Source: Octopus vulgaris (taxonomy: Eukaryota). From it: a DNA stretch of 64,000 nt. The number at the start of each line of letters is the position of its first letter. The first letter of the stretch is position 1. The stretch is from contig OX597827.1 of assembly GCA_951406725.2 (NCBI GenBank), forward strand, positions 24,676,001 through 24,740,000. The letters are read 5' to 3'. This document shows positions 13,216-27,044 of the stretch, in pieces. The translations under genes and the position numbers were made by a program. The notes below the pieces were generated by a model. It had not been told where the DNA came from. It saw only the letters and a list, made by a program, of their open reading frames with translations, and made no database searches.

Positions 13216-14156
13216 CCAGAAAACCAAAAACATTTTTCATAGAGTCAACCAGAAACATAACTTCTAGTATCAGCATCTCAGCACTCTCTTTCTCTCTCTC
13301 TCCCTTATGCACACACATGCATAATCACACAGACACACATGCACACACACACAGAGTCATACACACAGACATACACATATACATAGATACACTCAGACAC
13401 ATACAGTGACATGCCCAGATGTACATGCACACTCACGCACACACACACACACACTCATTGTCACACACACAAACACATAAACACAGGCTCACACAAACAT
13501 ACATGCACAGCAACACACAAACACACATTCATAGTCACAAACTCACACACAGACATACATGCACCCCACCCACTCCACAAATAAACAATGTTTAAACTAT
13601 TAAAATATTTGTGTCAAAAACTTCCCTTCTTTTATCTCTCTCATAAAACTTCATTCGTCTTTTGAGTGGTTCTTGTTTTTCCCATCTTTTATAATTGCTG
13701 AGTCTCACACAAAAGTCTCATGCTGCGATGTTGTTCCATTCTTGGGGGCGATGTCTGACACTAAATTATTATCATGTAGAAAGTGTTATTGCTATCATTC
13801 ACCAACCCCGCCAACCCCTGCCAGCCATTCCCTACATTTCCATCTTGGTAGATATAGATGCATAGCAGACTTTTTCGTTGTTTTGAAGGTACTTGGTTAG
13901 CATTTTCATGTGCGACGTGGTGGGGGAACTGGCATTTCAAAGAACAGACCTCTGCACATCATAAATGGCAAAAAAGGGGCTGAAGGTAAGATTTACACCC
14001 CAGCCTTGTAAAACCCTCACCTTCAACAAATACTCAGAACAGACCCAAGGGTTTGCGGGAGGCAGAAGGGAGTTGTCGTCTGAGTGGTGCAAAGATGTTA
14101 TCTGCTAGGAATGGTAGGGAATAACCATGCAGCAATGCACTGCCATCATTCTCCTT

Positions 14157-14200
<44 letters not shown>

Positions 14201-16589
14201 GCTGCTGCTGCTACTGCTGCTACTACTTTCATGGAGCCTGCAAGACATAATATATCACCATGGGGTTTGATCCCGTCACCTTGATCCTTGGCTGACTTTA
14301 ATAATGGTATATTTGGTTCACAGTTTCATCAAACCTCTCAGACTTGAACCCTCAGTTTAACCCTCACTGTCTGGGGTCCTTGGGGACCTTTAACAGAATT
14401 CTGGGTTCAGTCCCACTGTGTGGCACCTTGGGCAAGTATCTTCTCCTATAGCCTCAACCAAAGCCTTCAGAGTGAATTCAATATACAGAAATGGAAAGAA
14501 ACCAATCATGAGTGTGTTCATCCCCTACAACCACTTGACAACCAGTGTTGGTACATTTATGTCCCTGAGACTTAATGGTTTGGCAAAGTGGGGTGGGCAA
14601 TGTAATAAGTTCAAGGCTGAAACAAAAGTACTGGAGTTTGATTCATTTGGCTGAAATTATTCAAGGTGGTGCTGCAGCATGGCCACAGTCAAATGACTGA
14701 AACAAGAGATAAAAGATATACACATGAGACTATAGTTGAAGACACTTGTCCAAGGTGCTGTACGGTGGGACCGAACCTGAAACCATGTGACTGCAAAACA
14801 AGCGTCTTGTGTTTTGGTATTGGTGTGACGTATATTCCATAGGCATTTGAAATAAATCGAAACCCAAAATAGGCAACATCATCACCATCATCATTATTAT
14901 TGTGATCACCGACAGCACCACCATCACCACCACCATTGCTAGTGGGTCATTGCTAGTGTCGCTTGACTGGTGCTCATTGAAAGTGGCATGTAAAAAGCAC
15001 CATCCGAACGTGGTCGATGCCCCCTCCCCTGACTAGCTCCTGTACTTGTAGCATGTAAAAAGCACCTGGAGTGGTTGGCGTTAAGAAGGGTATCCAGCTG
15101 TAGAAACACTGCCAGATCAGATTGGAGCCTAGTGCAGCCTCCTGGCTTCCCAGACCCTGGTTGAACCATCCAACCATTGCCAGCATGGAAAACGGACGTT
15201 AAACGATGATGAACTGTTGACATGCAGATATTTGCATATAGAATATGCAAAAATTTTAAGAAACCAAAATATACTGCTGAAAAGATTATGGAGAATGTGT
15301 AAAGGATTCTTCTCTTAATGGTAAAGATGATTCTTGGAACTTTAAGAAAACTTCTCAAAGAAAATTGAGGAAATTTTAGATAAAAGAATATAAATCTGTG
15401 AGAAAAATATAAAGTGTGTAAGTGCAGGTGTGGGTGTGCGGTATGAAGTTTGCCTCCTGACCTCATGAGTCTAGGTTCAGTCCAACTGCATGGCACCTTC
15501 GGCAAGTGCTTTCTGCTATAGCCTCAGATCGACCAAAGCCTTGTGAGTAGATTTGATAGATGGAAACTGAAAGAAGCCCATCATATATGTGTGTGTGTTT
15601 GAGTGTGTGTGTGTGTGTGTATGTGTGTCTTTGTGTCTGTAGTTTGTCCCCCTCACCACCACTGCTTGACAACCAATGTTGGTGCATTTACATTTCTGTA
15701 ACTTAGCAGTTCAGCAAAAGAGATCAATAGAATTAGTACCAGATTTAAACAAAAAAAAAAAAACATAAGTTCTGGGGTTGATTCATTCAACTAAAAATTC
15801 TTCAAGGTGGTGCCCCAGCATGGCCACAGGCTAAAGAGTGAAACAAGCAAAGGATAAAAAATAAAACTACAATCAGAAACAGATGTTCTGATTCCTATCA
15901 ATTCCCAGGATATGGTAATGATGTAAAGAGCCAATCTGTAGGAGAGAGAGAGGGGGGAGAGAGTGTGTGTGTGTGTGCCTGCAATGAAGTGGGGTGCATG
16001 CATGTGTGTACATTAAGTGTGTGGGTTAGAGAGTTTCTGCTCATATCAAAGCTCTATCTGATCGTTTTTATCTCCCCAGATGTGCGGAAGCAAAACAGTT
16101 TATTCCATGTTTATGTGAAAACATGAAATTCCATTGCCCCTTGGGTAATTGTTTTCTGCTATAGCCCCAGGCCGACTGAAGCCTTAGGACAGGATTTGGT
16201 AGACAGAAACTGAAAGAAGCTCATCGTGTGTCTGCTTATGTTCAATTATTATGAAAACAACTTTACATTAATCTAATGGGTTTCTCTAAACTTTTATTAT
16301 TCCTAAATGAGAATGTTGTTGAGAGTGACTTCGAAGTTTCAACCAATTAGGCCACTGTCACATATGTATGTATGTATGTATGTTTGCATGTATGTACTTA
16401 TGTATTTATGTATGTATGTATGTATGTATGCATGTGTATCATTATTCAGTTTATTTCAAGATTTCTTGCCAACAGAGAAAGAACTGGTTTCTAACCTAGA
16501 TTCAAGGCTCCTTCATTGGAATTTCAACCTCAACAACAGAGTATTTTTGTTTGTTTGTATGTATGTATGTATTATGTATTCTCATGCAT

Positions 16590-16920
16590 ATATATATTTA
16601 AATGATAAACTTTTGGAAAGTTTTACAGATTTTTACATTTCCAGTGATGGATTGGATCTGTAGTCTTGGAATTAACTTTCTCCTTTCTGGTTTTGAAAAG
16701 CGTAATTTCTCAAGATTGGTACTTAGACATTGTGTTAAATATCCCAGTGCCCCAATAATTACAGGTATAAACCTGAGCTAGTAATCTGTATAGAGTAACT
16801 GCAGATTTCTCAATAGTTCATCATAGGTATTCTCTTTTTCACAGATCTTCAGCTTTATGATAACATTTGCTAGGCAGCTAATTTCTACTACTGTGCACAG
16901 TTTCTCGTCTCTATCTCATA
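16590..16920 (-). mobile_element. RLE-type non-LTR retrotransposon 3' fragment (R4/Dong, HERO or NeSL-like)
   Basis: Minus-strand translation DRDEKLCTVVEISC...EKENTYDELLRNLQLLY...FIPVIIGALG fits a restriction-like endonuclease domain; embedded in (TACA)n. Confidence 0.65.
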
Positions 16921-17429
16921 TCATGTATGTATGCTTGTATGTATGTACATACATGTTTATGTATGTATATATGTACATATGTATGTATGTAAATATGAGT
17001 ATATGCAAGTATGTATGTTTGTATGTTTGTATGTATGTATGCATCATCATCATCATCATCATCATCGTTTAACATCTGTTTTCCATGCTGGCATGGGTTG
17101 GACAGTTTGACTAAGGGCTGGCAAACTAGAAGGCTGTACCAGGCTCCAGTCTGACCACGATTGGTTGGTGCTTTTTTACGTGACACTGACATGGAAGCCA
17201 GTCAAAGCGGTACTGGCATTGGCCACATTTGGATGGTCAGCGTTGGCATCGGCCACGTTTGGATGGTTGGTGCTGGTATCAAACACGATCAGATGGTCGG
17301 CGCTGGGAGCGGCCATGAATTTAGAACGGTCGGACAAGTTGTTTTGAGAAAATTTGGTTTAAATGTTCGACAACTCAGCACCATCCATTGGATGGGGGTC
17401 ATTTTGCTTGTATACATACATATATATAT

Positions 17430-17836
17430 ATACTCTTTTTACTCTCTTTTACTTGTTTCAGTCATTTGACTGCGGCCATGCTGGAGCACCGCCTTTAGTC
17501 GAGCAAGTCGACCCTGGGACTTATTCTTTGTAAGCCCAGTACTTATTCTATCGGTCTCTTTTGCCGAACCGCTAAGTGACGGGGACGTAAACACACCAGC
17601 ATCGGTTGTCAAGCAATGCTAGGGGGACGAACACAGACACACAAACATATGCACACACACTTATATATATATACATATATACGACAGGCTTCTTTCAGTT
17701 TCCGTCTACCAAATCCACTCACAAGGCATTGGTCGGCCCGGGGCTATAGCAGAAGACACTTGCCCAAGATGCCACGCAGTGGGACTGAACCCGGAACCAT
17801 GTGGTTGGTTAGCAAGCTACTTACCACACAGCCACT
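17430..17836 (-). mobile_element. SINE family A, near full length
   Basis: Reverse complement of 6561-6973. Confidence 0.85.
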
Positions 17837-17901
17837 ATATATATATATATATACATATATATACATATGCATATATATACACATATATACATATATATAT
17901 G

Positions 17902-17948
<47 letters not shown>

Positions 17949-18234
17949 GTATATATATATATGCATAAATGCATATATATACATATGCATATATATACAC
18001 ATATATACATATATATATGTATATATATATGTATATATATCTATATATATATACATACATATATATATATATCTATATATATATATACATACATATATAT
18101 ATATCTATATATATATACATACATGTATATCTATCTATATATACGTACATACATATATATATATCTATATATACGTACATACATATATATATATCTATAT
18201 ATACGTACATACATATATATATATCTATATATAT

Positions 18235-18315
<81 letters not shown>

Positions 18316-18324
18316 TATATGTAT

Positions 18325-18379
<55 letters not shown>

Positions 18380-18728
18380 TATTATATAAATGTTTGAATG
18401 TGTGTATCTATATGTAAATATGTATGGATGTATAAATATGTGTGTGAGTGGGTTTGGGTAACTAATATTACTAATGCAAAAGATGACACTCAGTAGAATG
18501 AACTTCCATATTAATTAGTAATAAATACCAAAGTTATTTTCTAATCTTTATAATTACAAACATATTTAAAACATATGTTCTGTGCTCCATGTATCTCACA
18601 ATATCTTAATGGTTTTGTAATAATTATAAGCATTTGGATAGAAAGAGAGTCCTCTTGTATTTCTGTTATGATCAATTTGAGGGTAAGTTTTCAATAATTA
18701 CAGTAATTTTTATTTATATTTTTAAATC

Positions 18729-19041
18729 CAGTTCTATATTTAAGAGATGAGGAATTATGTACATTATTTGCATTATTTACATCTGACGGGCATATGGCAT
18801 AGTGGTTAAGAATGCAGGCTATCAACCCCAATATCCCGAGTTTGATTCCAGGCAGTGACCTGAATAATAATAATGATGATGATGGTAAGAACATTGAAAA
18901 ATACCTTAGGAATGAGAACCCAGGTTCAAAATTTCCCCAAGACACATGATGAAGGCTGGAGGGTATATCAGCTGAAATATTGTTTTAACCATAAACAAGA
19001 TGAGGACAAATATCCGCCAAATGTAAATAATGTAAACAATT
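18729..19041 (+). mobile_element. tRNA-headed hammerhead-bearing SINE (family H), copy A, preceded by an inverted copy of its own 3' tail
   Basis: Inverted tail 18729-18789; tRNA head from 18788 (TGGCATAGTGG, GAGTTTGATTCC); degenerate hammerhead motif 18941-18986. Confidence 0.75.
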
Positions 19042-20359
19042 TTTTAAATCGTTTATCGTTTACTTGTTTCAGTCATTAGACTACGACCATCCTGAGGCAC
19101 CATCTTGAAGAATATTAGTCAAATGAATCAATCCAATTGTGTATTGTTTTTTTTTTAAGCCTAGTGGTTATTCTATTGGTTTTTAAAAAATTTTTGCCAA
19201 ACTGCAAACACACCATAACTGCTTGTTAAGTGGTGATGGGGTACATACACAGACTCAAAGACACATACATGCACACACAAGCACATACGATGGGCTTCTC
19301 TCAGTTTCCATTTACCAAATCTATTCACAAGGGTTTGGTTAGTCTGAGGCTATGGTAGAAGACACCTGTCTAAGGTGCCATGCAGTAGAATTGAACCTGG
19401 AACTATGTGGTCAAGATGCAAACTTCCTACTTCACAGCCACACCCAGCACCCATGAATTTTTGATAAATTTGTAATAAATTTCTATAAAACTAGAAAAGA
19501 TAACATTTTTCAAAGAAAATTTAATGAATTCTAATTTTATAATCTCCAAGCATGAAAATTATAAATTTATCAAATAATCTAATTTGTTTGATCTATTTTT
19601 ATCAATATATTGAGAACAATATTCATCATCAAAAGTAAGTAGGTTCCCATGTTTATCTCAAATAAATAAATGGATAAAACAGACAAATCAGAAAATTATT
19701 TTCATTAAACTCTCTCCTTTTCCTCCCCATGCCTGCATCTCACAGAAAATTCATCTTCATCTTCATTCTTGCTCCAAAGCATATCAAAATATCAAAGTGG
19801 AAAATAAATGATGATAATTCTTCAGAAATGAAGATGGCAGAAGATACGACTATAAAGGGGAAGGAAGCAAATTTAAGAAACACACATGCACACACACACT
19901 CACACACACACAAGCACACACACATACACACATCCACACACACAGATAAACAAACATATCCAGACACACACACATCCACAAACATATCCATACACACATC
20001 CACACACACAAACATATTCACACCCACACAAACATATCCATACACACACACATACACATATTCACACACACATCCACACATATACACACACCCATCTTCA
20101 CACACACACACATGCACACAGAGAGAAAATGACAGTAAACATATCTCAATCTCAGCTGTCAGAGAAAAGTATTATTGGGCATATACATGTATGTATATAT
20201 GTATGCGTATTGTTATGTATGTACATATGTATGTGCATGTATGTATGTATGTATGTACCTACGTATGTTTGTATGTGTATGTATGTATGTAACTCTCGAT
20301 CTATCTAGATGTACATACATACACACACACAGACACACACACACATATACATATATATA

Positions 20360-20730
20360 TTTTGTGGCACTCCGTCGGTTATGACAATGAGGGTTCCAGT
20401 TGATCCAATCAATGGTACAGACTGCTCGTGAAATTAACGAACAAGTGATTGAGCACTCCACAGACATGTGTCCTCTTAATGTAGTTCCCAGGGAGATTCA
20501 GCGTGACAAGGCTGGTCTTTTGAAATACAGGTACAACAGAAACAGGAAGAAAGAGTGAGAGAAAGTTGTAGTGAACGAGTACAGTAGGGCTCGCCACCAC
20601 CCCCTGCCGGAGCTTCGATGAGCTTTAGGTGTTTGCGCTCAATAAGCACTCACAATGCCCGGTCTGGGAATCAAAACTGTGATCCTATGACTGTGAGTCC
20701 ACTGCCTTAACCAGTGGGCCATTGCACCTC
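20360..20730 (-). mobile_element. tRNA-derived SINE family C, full length
   Basis: tRNA-like head at 20660-20730 on the minus strand; body homologous to 5569-5718. Confidence 0.75.
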
Positions 20731-20775
20731 TACACACACACACACATATATATATACACGCACACACACACACAC

Positions 20776-20826
<51 letters not shown>

Positions 20827-20869
20827 TACATACATATATATACACACACATACACATGTACACATATAC

Positions 20870-21241
20870 ACGGTTTTAGACCCACTGCATGGCACCTTGG
20901 GCAAAGGTCTTCTACTATAGCCTCGGGTTGACTAAAACCTTTGTGAATAGATTTGGTAGACAGAAACTGAAAGAAGCCCATCGTATATATATATATATAT
21001 GTATGTATGTATGTATGTGTATATATATATGTATTTTTGTGTGCCTGTGTTTGTCTCCCTACCCTCGCTTGACAACCGACGCCGGTGTGTGTTTTTATGT
21101 CCCCCGTAACTTAGCGGTTTAGCAAAAGAGACTGATAGAATAAGTACTAGGCTTCCAAAGAACAAGTCCTGGGGTTGATTTGTTCGACTAAAGGCGGTGC
21201 TCCGCATGGCTGCAGTCAACTGACTGAAACAAATGCAAGAA

Positions 21242-21272
<31 letters not shown>

Positions 21273-21664
21273 CACTTGTTTAGTCATTTGACTGTGGCCA
21301 TGCTGGAGTACCACCTTTAACCATTCAAATCAACCCCAGGACTATTTCTTTGTAAACCTTGTATTTATTCTATTGGTTTCTTTTGCTAAACTGCTAAGTT
21401 ACAGGGATATAAAAGCAGCAACATCGGTTGTCAAGCGATGGTGGGGAGACAAATACAGACACTAATAACAAACACACACATACATATATACTTATATATA
21501 TACGACAGGCTTCTTTAAGTTTCCTTCTATGAAATCTACTCACAAGGCTTTGGTTGGCTCGAGGCTATAGTAAAAGACACTTGCCCAAGGTGCCACGCAG
21601 TGGGACTGAATCCAGAACCATGTGGTTGGGAAGCAAGCTTCTTACCACACAGCCACTCCTGCAC

Positions 21665-21667
<3 letters not shown>
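20870..21667. mobile_element. two SINE family A copies, tail-to-tail inverted pair
   Basis: Plus copy 20870-21240 and minus copy 21265-21667 separated by ~25 bp of (AT)n. Confidence 0.8.
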
Positions 21668-21708
<41 letters not shown>

Positions 21709-22124
21709 TTGTTTTCTCTGTGTCCCTTTCTGTAGAAGAGCATAGGCTCGAAACGTAAAAGACTTTTGCTATTCCTGAGTGTTATACTAATACATCTGTT
21801 TGCATTGTACACCACCTGTCTTCGTTTTTTGTTTTTTCGTAAACTCTCTCTATATACATATATATAAATGTATATAATACATACATACATACGTACATAC
21901 ATACAAATATACACACACACACACATATATATATATATATGATTGAAACCAGTAAAAGTGTTAAGGAGTATATATATGTATATATATATAGCATCAAGTA
22001 AAGGTAATAAATCTTATTAACGGATCATAAATCCCAATGAAAATACTGGTTAGTTACCAATCCATAGAAAGTTCAACTATAAGGTAACCATATAAACCGT
22101 CATGGTTCATTTATATATTTAAAG

Positions 22125-22482
22125 AATAAGGAGAAAAATGGAGAGGTAATTAAAAAAATTATTTATTAATTATAAAATATGACAACATCTCTGACAGCTG
22201 TTTCGATTCAGAAATCTTTAGATAACTGATTTATAAATTTACATATTAGACTGGTTCCTTTTGTATATTAACTATCAGTTAACGGGTGTATAGCCGTTAT
22301 CTCAACATGTATTTTTAATCAGTATATCCTTACTACCTGTGAAGAGATTCATCTTATAATGATTTTAATTTTATAAATTAATTATCTAAAAATTTCTAAA
22401 TTGAAACAGCTGTCAGAGACGTTGTCATATTTTATAATTAATAAATAATTTTATTATTTACCACTCCATTTTCTCCTTATTT
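22125..22482. repeat. fold-back element with PLE-terminus-like arms
   Basis: ~110-bp arms AATAAGGAGAAAAATGG...GACAGCTGTTTCGATT mirrored by TTGAAACAGCTGTC...CCATTTTCTCCTTATT. Confidence 0.75.
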
Positions 22483-22689
22483 TTATATATATATATATAT
22501 ATATTTAAACAAAGTAAACTTGCAAAGTACTGCACGTGTGAAAATATATAGGAAAGAGGGTTTGAAAATGCAGAGGTCTCTTAAAGATGTTTATTGACTT
22601 GACAGGTTTCACTTTTTTTAAAAACAGATTTTCAAAAAGTGAAACCAGTGAAGTCAATAAACATCTTTAAAAGACCTCTGCACCTTCAA

Positions 22690-23214
22690 ACTCTGGTATT
22701 TATGGCTATCATACCAAGAGTTGGTCTTCCCTATTTTCTTTTTTGTCCTTTCTATAGTGTTCCATGACTTGTTCCTATAGAGTGGGCAAATCCCATTCCT
22801 ATCATTACATAATATATTATCAAATTTCTTCATGGCTCCTTTGTATACCCTGATCCTTTCTTTATGGCTGTAACCTGAGAACTGCATGCGGTGAATGAAA
22901 TATTATATGTGTCTCTTTAACTCTGTGGGCTCGCACATGCGTGACACATTTCTCATTATTCTGACGAGGTCTTCCATCAAAATATTGAATTTGGCATTGT
23001 CCGCAATGGCTGAGTTCCGGAGGATCAAGTATTTTGAGGCCATAGGTTTGGCATAGTATGAATGAAGTATTTGGGTTTTATTATTCACAATTTCTAGCCA
23101 GAGTTCAGTGTCTAGTACTGGTAGTCTATGGTTGGGGTGTTTAGTGGGGTAGTCTATTGTGACCTTAATACTCTGGTGGATGGAGTTAGCTATTTGCTGG
23201 ATGCTCTCCATAGT
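22690..23214 (-). pseudogene. inverted partial copy of the Penelope-like RT thumb/linker
   Basis: ORFs 22903-23211 and 22654-22887 are near-identical to the plus-strand protein at 23251-23700. Confidence 0.9.
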
Positions 23215-23250
23215 ATTAGTTTCTATTACTATATCAACATTACTCTCTTA

Positions 23251-24203
23251 CACCCCAGCCATAGACTACCAGTACTAGACACTGAACTCTGGCTAGAAAT
23301 TGTGAATAATAAAACCCAAATACTTCATTCATACTATGCCAAACCTATGGCCTCAAAATACTTGATCCACCGGAACTCAGCCATTGCGGACAATGCCAAA
23401 TTCAATATTTTGATGGAAGACCTCGTCAGAATAATGAGAAATGTGTCATGCATGTGCGAGCCCACAGAGTTAAAGAGACACATATAATATTTCATTCACC
23501 GCATGCAGTTCTCAGATTACAGCCATAAAGAAAGGATCAGAGTATACAAAGGAGCCATGAAGAAATTTGATAATATATTATGTAATGATAGGAATGGGAT
23601 TTGCCCACTCTATAGGAACAAGTCATGGAACACTATTGAAAGGACAAAAAAGAGAATAGGGAAGGCCAACTCTTAGTATGATAGCCATAAATACCAGAGT
23701 GTCATGTTCGTTGACACCACCCCTGGAGGTGAACTGGCGTACCGCTTTAGAAGGACCCTAGACAAACTTAAGCTAAGAATTAAGGTTGTTGAAAAGCCAG
23801 GCAACCCTATCAAATCTATAATTGGTAGAACCTATCCTTTTAGTAGAACCCCTGTACGGATAAGTACTGTACTGTATGTAGATTTAGCCCACAAACAAAC
23901 TGTAAAGCCAGAAATGTAGTCTATAGTATAAGATGTATAGAGGGACGATGCAGTAACAAGACAACGACATACGTAGGGGAAACGGCAAGAAGCATAGGAA
24001 AGCGGGTAAACGAACATTGGAGACAACTCAAGGAAGGTAAAAGCTCATCGATTCTGTACCAACACGCCGAACAGGAACACGGGGTATCAATCAATAACAT
24101 AGAAATTAAAATATTGTCCACACAAGCTACACACATAATAGAAAATAAACCTAGCCTTAATAGAAAACTAGAATGGAGCACTAACACACACCACAACATA
24201 TGA
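23251..24203 (+). mobile_element. Penelope-like element (Neptune-type): RT thumb, Cys-rich linker, GIY-YIG endonuclease; 5'-truncated and disrupted
   Basis: LPVLD...YAKP thumb; after a frameshift near 23850, CTDKYCTVC...NCKARNVVYSIRCIEGRC...YVGETARSIGKRVNEH...PSLN. Confidence 0.9.
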
Positions 24204-24261
24204 CAATAGAGGATCCTGAAAACATAATAAATACACAGATAAATAAACTAATAGAAATAAA

Positions 24262-24305
<44 letters not shown>

Positions 24306-24644
24306 CGATTCGATTTATTATTATTATTATTATTACTAGTATTGTTGTTATACATACATACATACATACATACAAGCATATGTAATGATAATAATAAGTG
24401 GATGTAAACACATGAACAAAATAAGAATAAACAAAAACAACAAAAACAAAAAACAAAATACAAATTACATGAACATATATAAACAGAAGATACAAATATT
24501 ACAGGTATCCGCCCACATACACACACTAAATAAACATAGGCGCACATAGAGATATAAGCATGCGCAAATGAAGACATACAATAGAAATACAAAATGGCTG
24601 ACGGTTAGTAAGGAGAGACACAAATAAGAAAGAAGAAAGCAAAG

Positions 24645-24688
24645 GACCACTGATGCGGTCACAGGAGTGTGACGAAAGAACTCTGGCC
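24645..24688 (+). ncRNA. minimal type I hammerhead ribozyme-like motif downstream of the PLE ORF
   Basis: CCA-CTGATGC-G-GTCAC-AGGAGT-GTGAC-GAAA-GAAC-TC-TGG: helix I CCA/TGG, 5-bp helix II, CUC cleavage triplet; A9 position is C. Confidence 0.6.
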
Positions 24689-24864
24689 AAAATAAGATTA
24701 AGATTAATGTAAAAAATAAATAACACTGAAGCAAAATAACACCAAATATATAGTGCGTGTGTTTTTATTGGCTAAACTGGCAATATGACCATTCTGAAAT
24801 ATAACAATATCTGTTTCAACACACGACTTCACATAAAAAATCTTGCACAACAAATATTTAAACG

Positions 24865-24891
<27 letters not shown>

Positions 24892-24895
<4 letters not shown>

Positions 24896-26081
24896 GTTAA
24901 TAAAATAGAACATATGCGTATATATAAACATATATGTACGTACCTACCTCTACATGTACATATACACGCATATATGTGTACAGGACACCAAAAAGACGTC
25001 AAACACATAGAGAGACGAAAAACATAGACACAAACCAAGGAACAGGACAAGCAAAAAAAAAAAAAAAAAAAAAAGGGATACAAGACAATTAGCACAACGA
25101 AAAATCCCCTTCTTCAGTTGCTAAGGTTTCATCTACTCTACGTTTCGAAGGATAAAAGCGAGACGTATCTTCGAAGAAACTTCCTTCCTGCGAAAAGCAA
25201 ATCAATTAAAATTCTGAGATCTTTTCGCAGAGGGGTAAAAAATGGTAAAAAAAAAGCAAGACGGTAACGACAGTACAAACATATAAACAGTAAAAAAATA
25301 TATATAAACAGTGGAAAAATAAATATATAACAGTGAGAGACAGGACAAGGAGAACAAGATAAGAAGGGCTGTTTACGCCAGACAAAAAAAGTATTGCAAA
25401 CGCTGGATTATAGTGGACGACGAGAGAGCAGGAATGTCGACCAGTGGCCTTAGAAGGCGGGCGAGAAAAGACAGGATAGCAGTTACGACGGAAGTATCGT
25501 CGCAGATGGACGACGGGAATGGGGGAAGAGGAGCAAGAGGAAGAGAGAGAAGAAGGGGAATGGTGCGAGGAGACCATGAAGAATGGTGAGGGGGAGAGAG
25601 AGAATGAAGAATGAGAGAGAGGAAGAGACAAGTTAAGTGAGGGAAAAAAAGACGAAAAAGGGAATGGGATAGAAAGAAAGAAAGATGCAGAGTCGCGTGA
25701 GAGTTAATATCAAGGCTAACTTGATAAACAGAACAATCTTACTTAATAGGGTGCGTGCGTTTAGTCGTATAATATGTTAATAAAATAGAACATATGCGTA
25801 TATATAAACATATATGTACGTACCTACCTCTACATGTACATATACACGCATATATGTGTACAGGACACCAAAAAGACGTCAAACACATAGAGAGACGAAA
25901 AACATAGACACAAACCAAGGAACAGGACAAGCAAAAAAAAAAAAAAAAAAAAAAAGGGATACAAGACAATTAGCACAACGAAAAATCCCCTTCTTCAGTC
26001 GCTAAGGTTTCATCTACTCTACGTTTCGAAGGATAAAAGCGAGACGTATCTTCGAAGAAACTTCCTTCCTGCGAAAAGCAA

Positions 26082-26085
<4 letters not shown>
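24892..26085. mobile_element. non-coding element with 313-bp near-identical direct terminal repeats
   Basis: 24892-25204 and 25772-26085 differ by about one substitution and one poly-A unit; both ends abut (TA)n. Confidence 0.75.
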
Positions 26086-26112
<27 letters not shown>

Positions 26113-26115
<3 letters not shown>

Positions 26116-26262
26116 GGCTGCCCCCTCGTTATCGAGTATGGCCATTGCACGAAGCTTAACTGTTACTGGTGCTGTGATTGAATGTGACTTTTTAGCCCAG
26201 CTAAAGATCTACAATGTCTTGTACAGAATTGGCAACTAATACCTTTACCGGTAATAGCCGGT
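26113..26262 (-). mobile_element. RTE (BovB-like) LINE extreme 3' fragment with C2H2 finger
   Basis: [22 protein letters not shown] then stop and ...GGGGCAGCCATA tail inside (TA)n. Confidence 0.6.
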
Positions 26263-26291
26263 ATATATATATATATATAAATACACATACA

Positions 26292-26361
<70 letters not shown>

Positions 26362-26372
26362 CATACATATAT

Positions 26373-26405
<33 letters not shown>

Positions 26406-26422
26406 GTTTATGATGATGATGA

Positions 26423-26465
<43 letters not shown>

Positions 26466-26581
26466 CATACATATATATCATCATCATCACCATCATCATC
26501 GTTTATGATGATGATGATGATGATGATTATATATATATATATATATATATATACATACATACATACATATATATATATATA

Positions 26582-26968
26582 TGTGAAGTTGTGTGACTGT
26601 CTCCTACGATTTAGATTCCTAACTACTCCCACATTTTGCGGTGCAGTTTAACCAAAACCGGGTATCTTATAGTGGTGATTCATATCGAGCCCTTCTGGTT
26701 ATTAGCGCGCGTCTACGATGAGTCTATGATTTAAAAAAAAATTTACCATCATTTTTTCCATTTTAATGCATTTTTTTCGCAATTTTTTTATATAAGGGAA
26801 GTAACTCTCTAAAAATGTCTACGATGAGTCAACGATTTAAAAAAAATTTACCATCATTTTTTTCCATTTTTAATGCATTTTTTTGCTATTTTTTGGCTAT
26901 AACTCTCTAAAAATGCTTATATAGTTATTTCCCTTACAAACCCGAGCAACGCCAGGCGATACTGCTAG
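26582..26968 (+). mobile_element. Helitron-like non-autonomous element
   Basis: 3' sub-terminal imperfect hairpin CCCGAGCAACGCCAGG followed by ...CTGCTAG|T; internal ~105-bp duplication (GTCTACGATGAGTC...). Confidence 0.6.
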
Positions 26969-26995
26969 TATATATATGTATACATATATACACAC

Positions 26996-27042
<47 letters not shown>

Positions 27043-27044
27043 CA

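Noticed and set aside
17616-18417. Long YIYI/HTHT/CVCV ORFs here and throughout the window
   Set aside because: Translations of TA/CA/TG microsatellites that lack stop codons.
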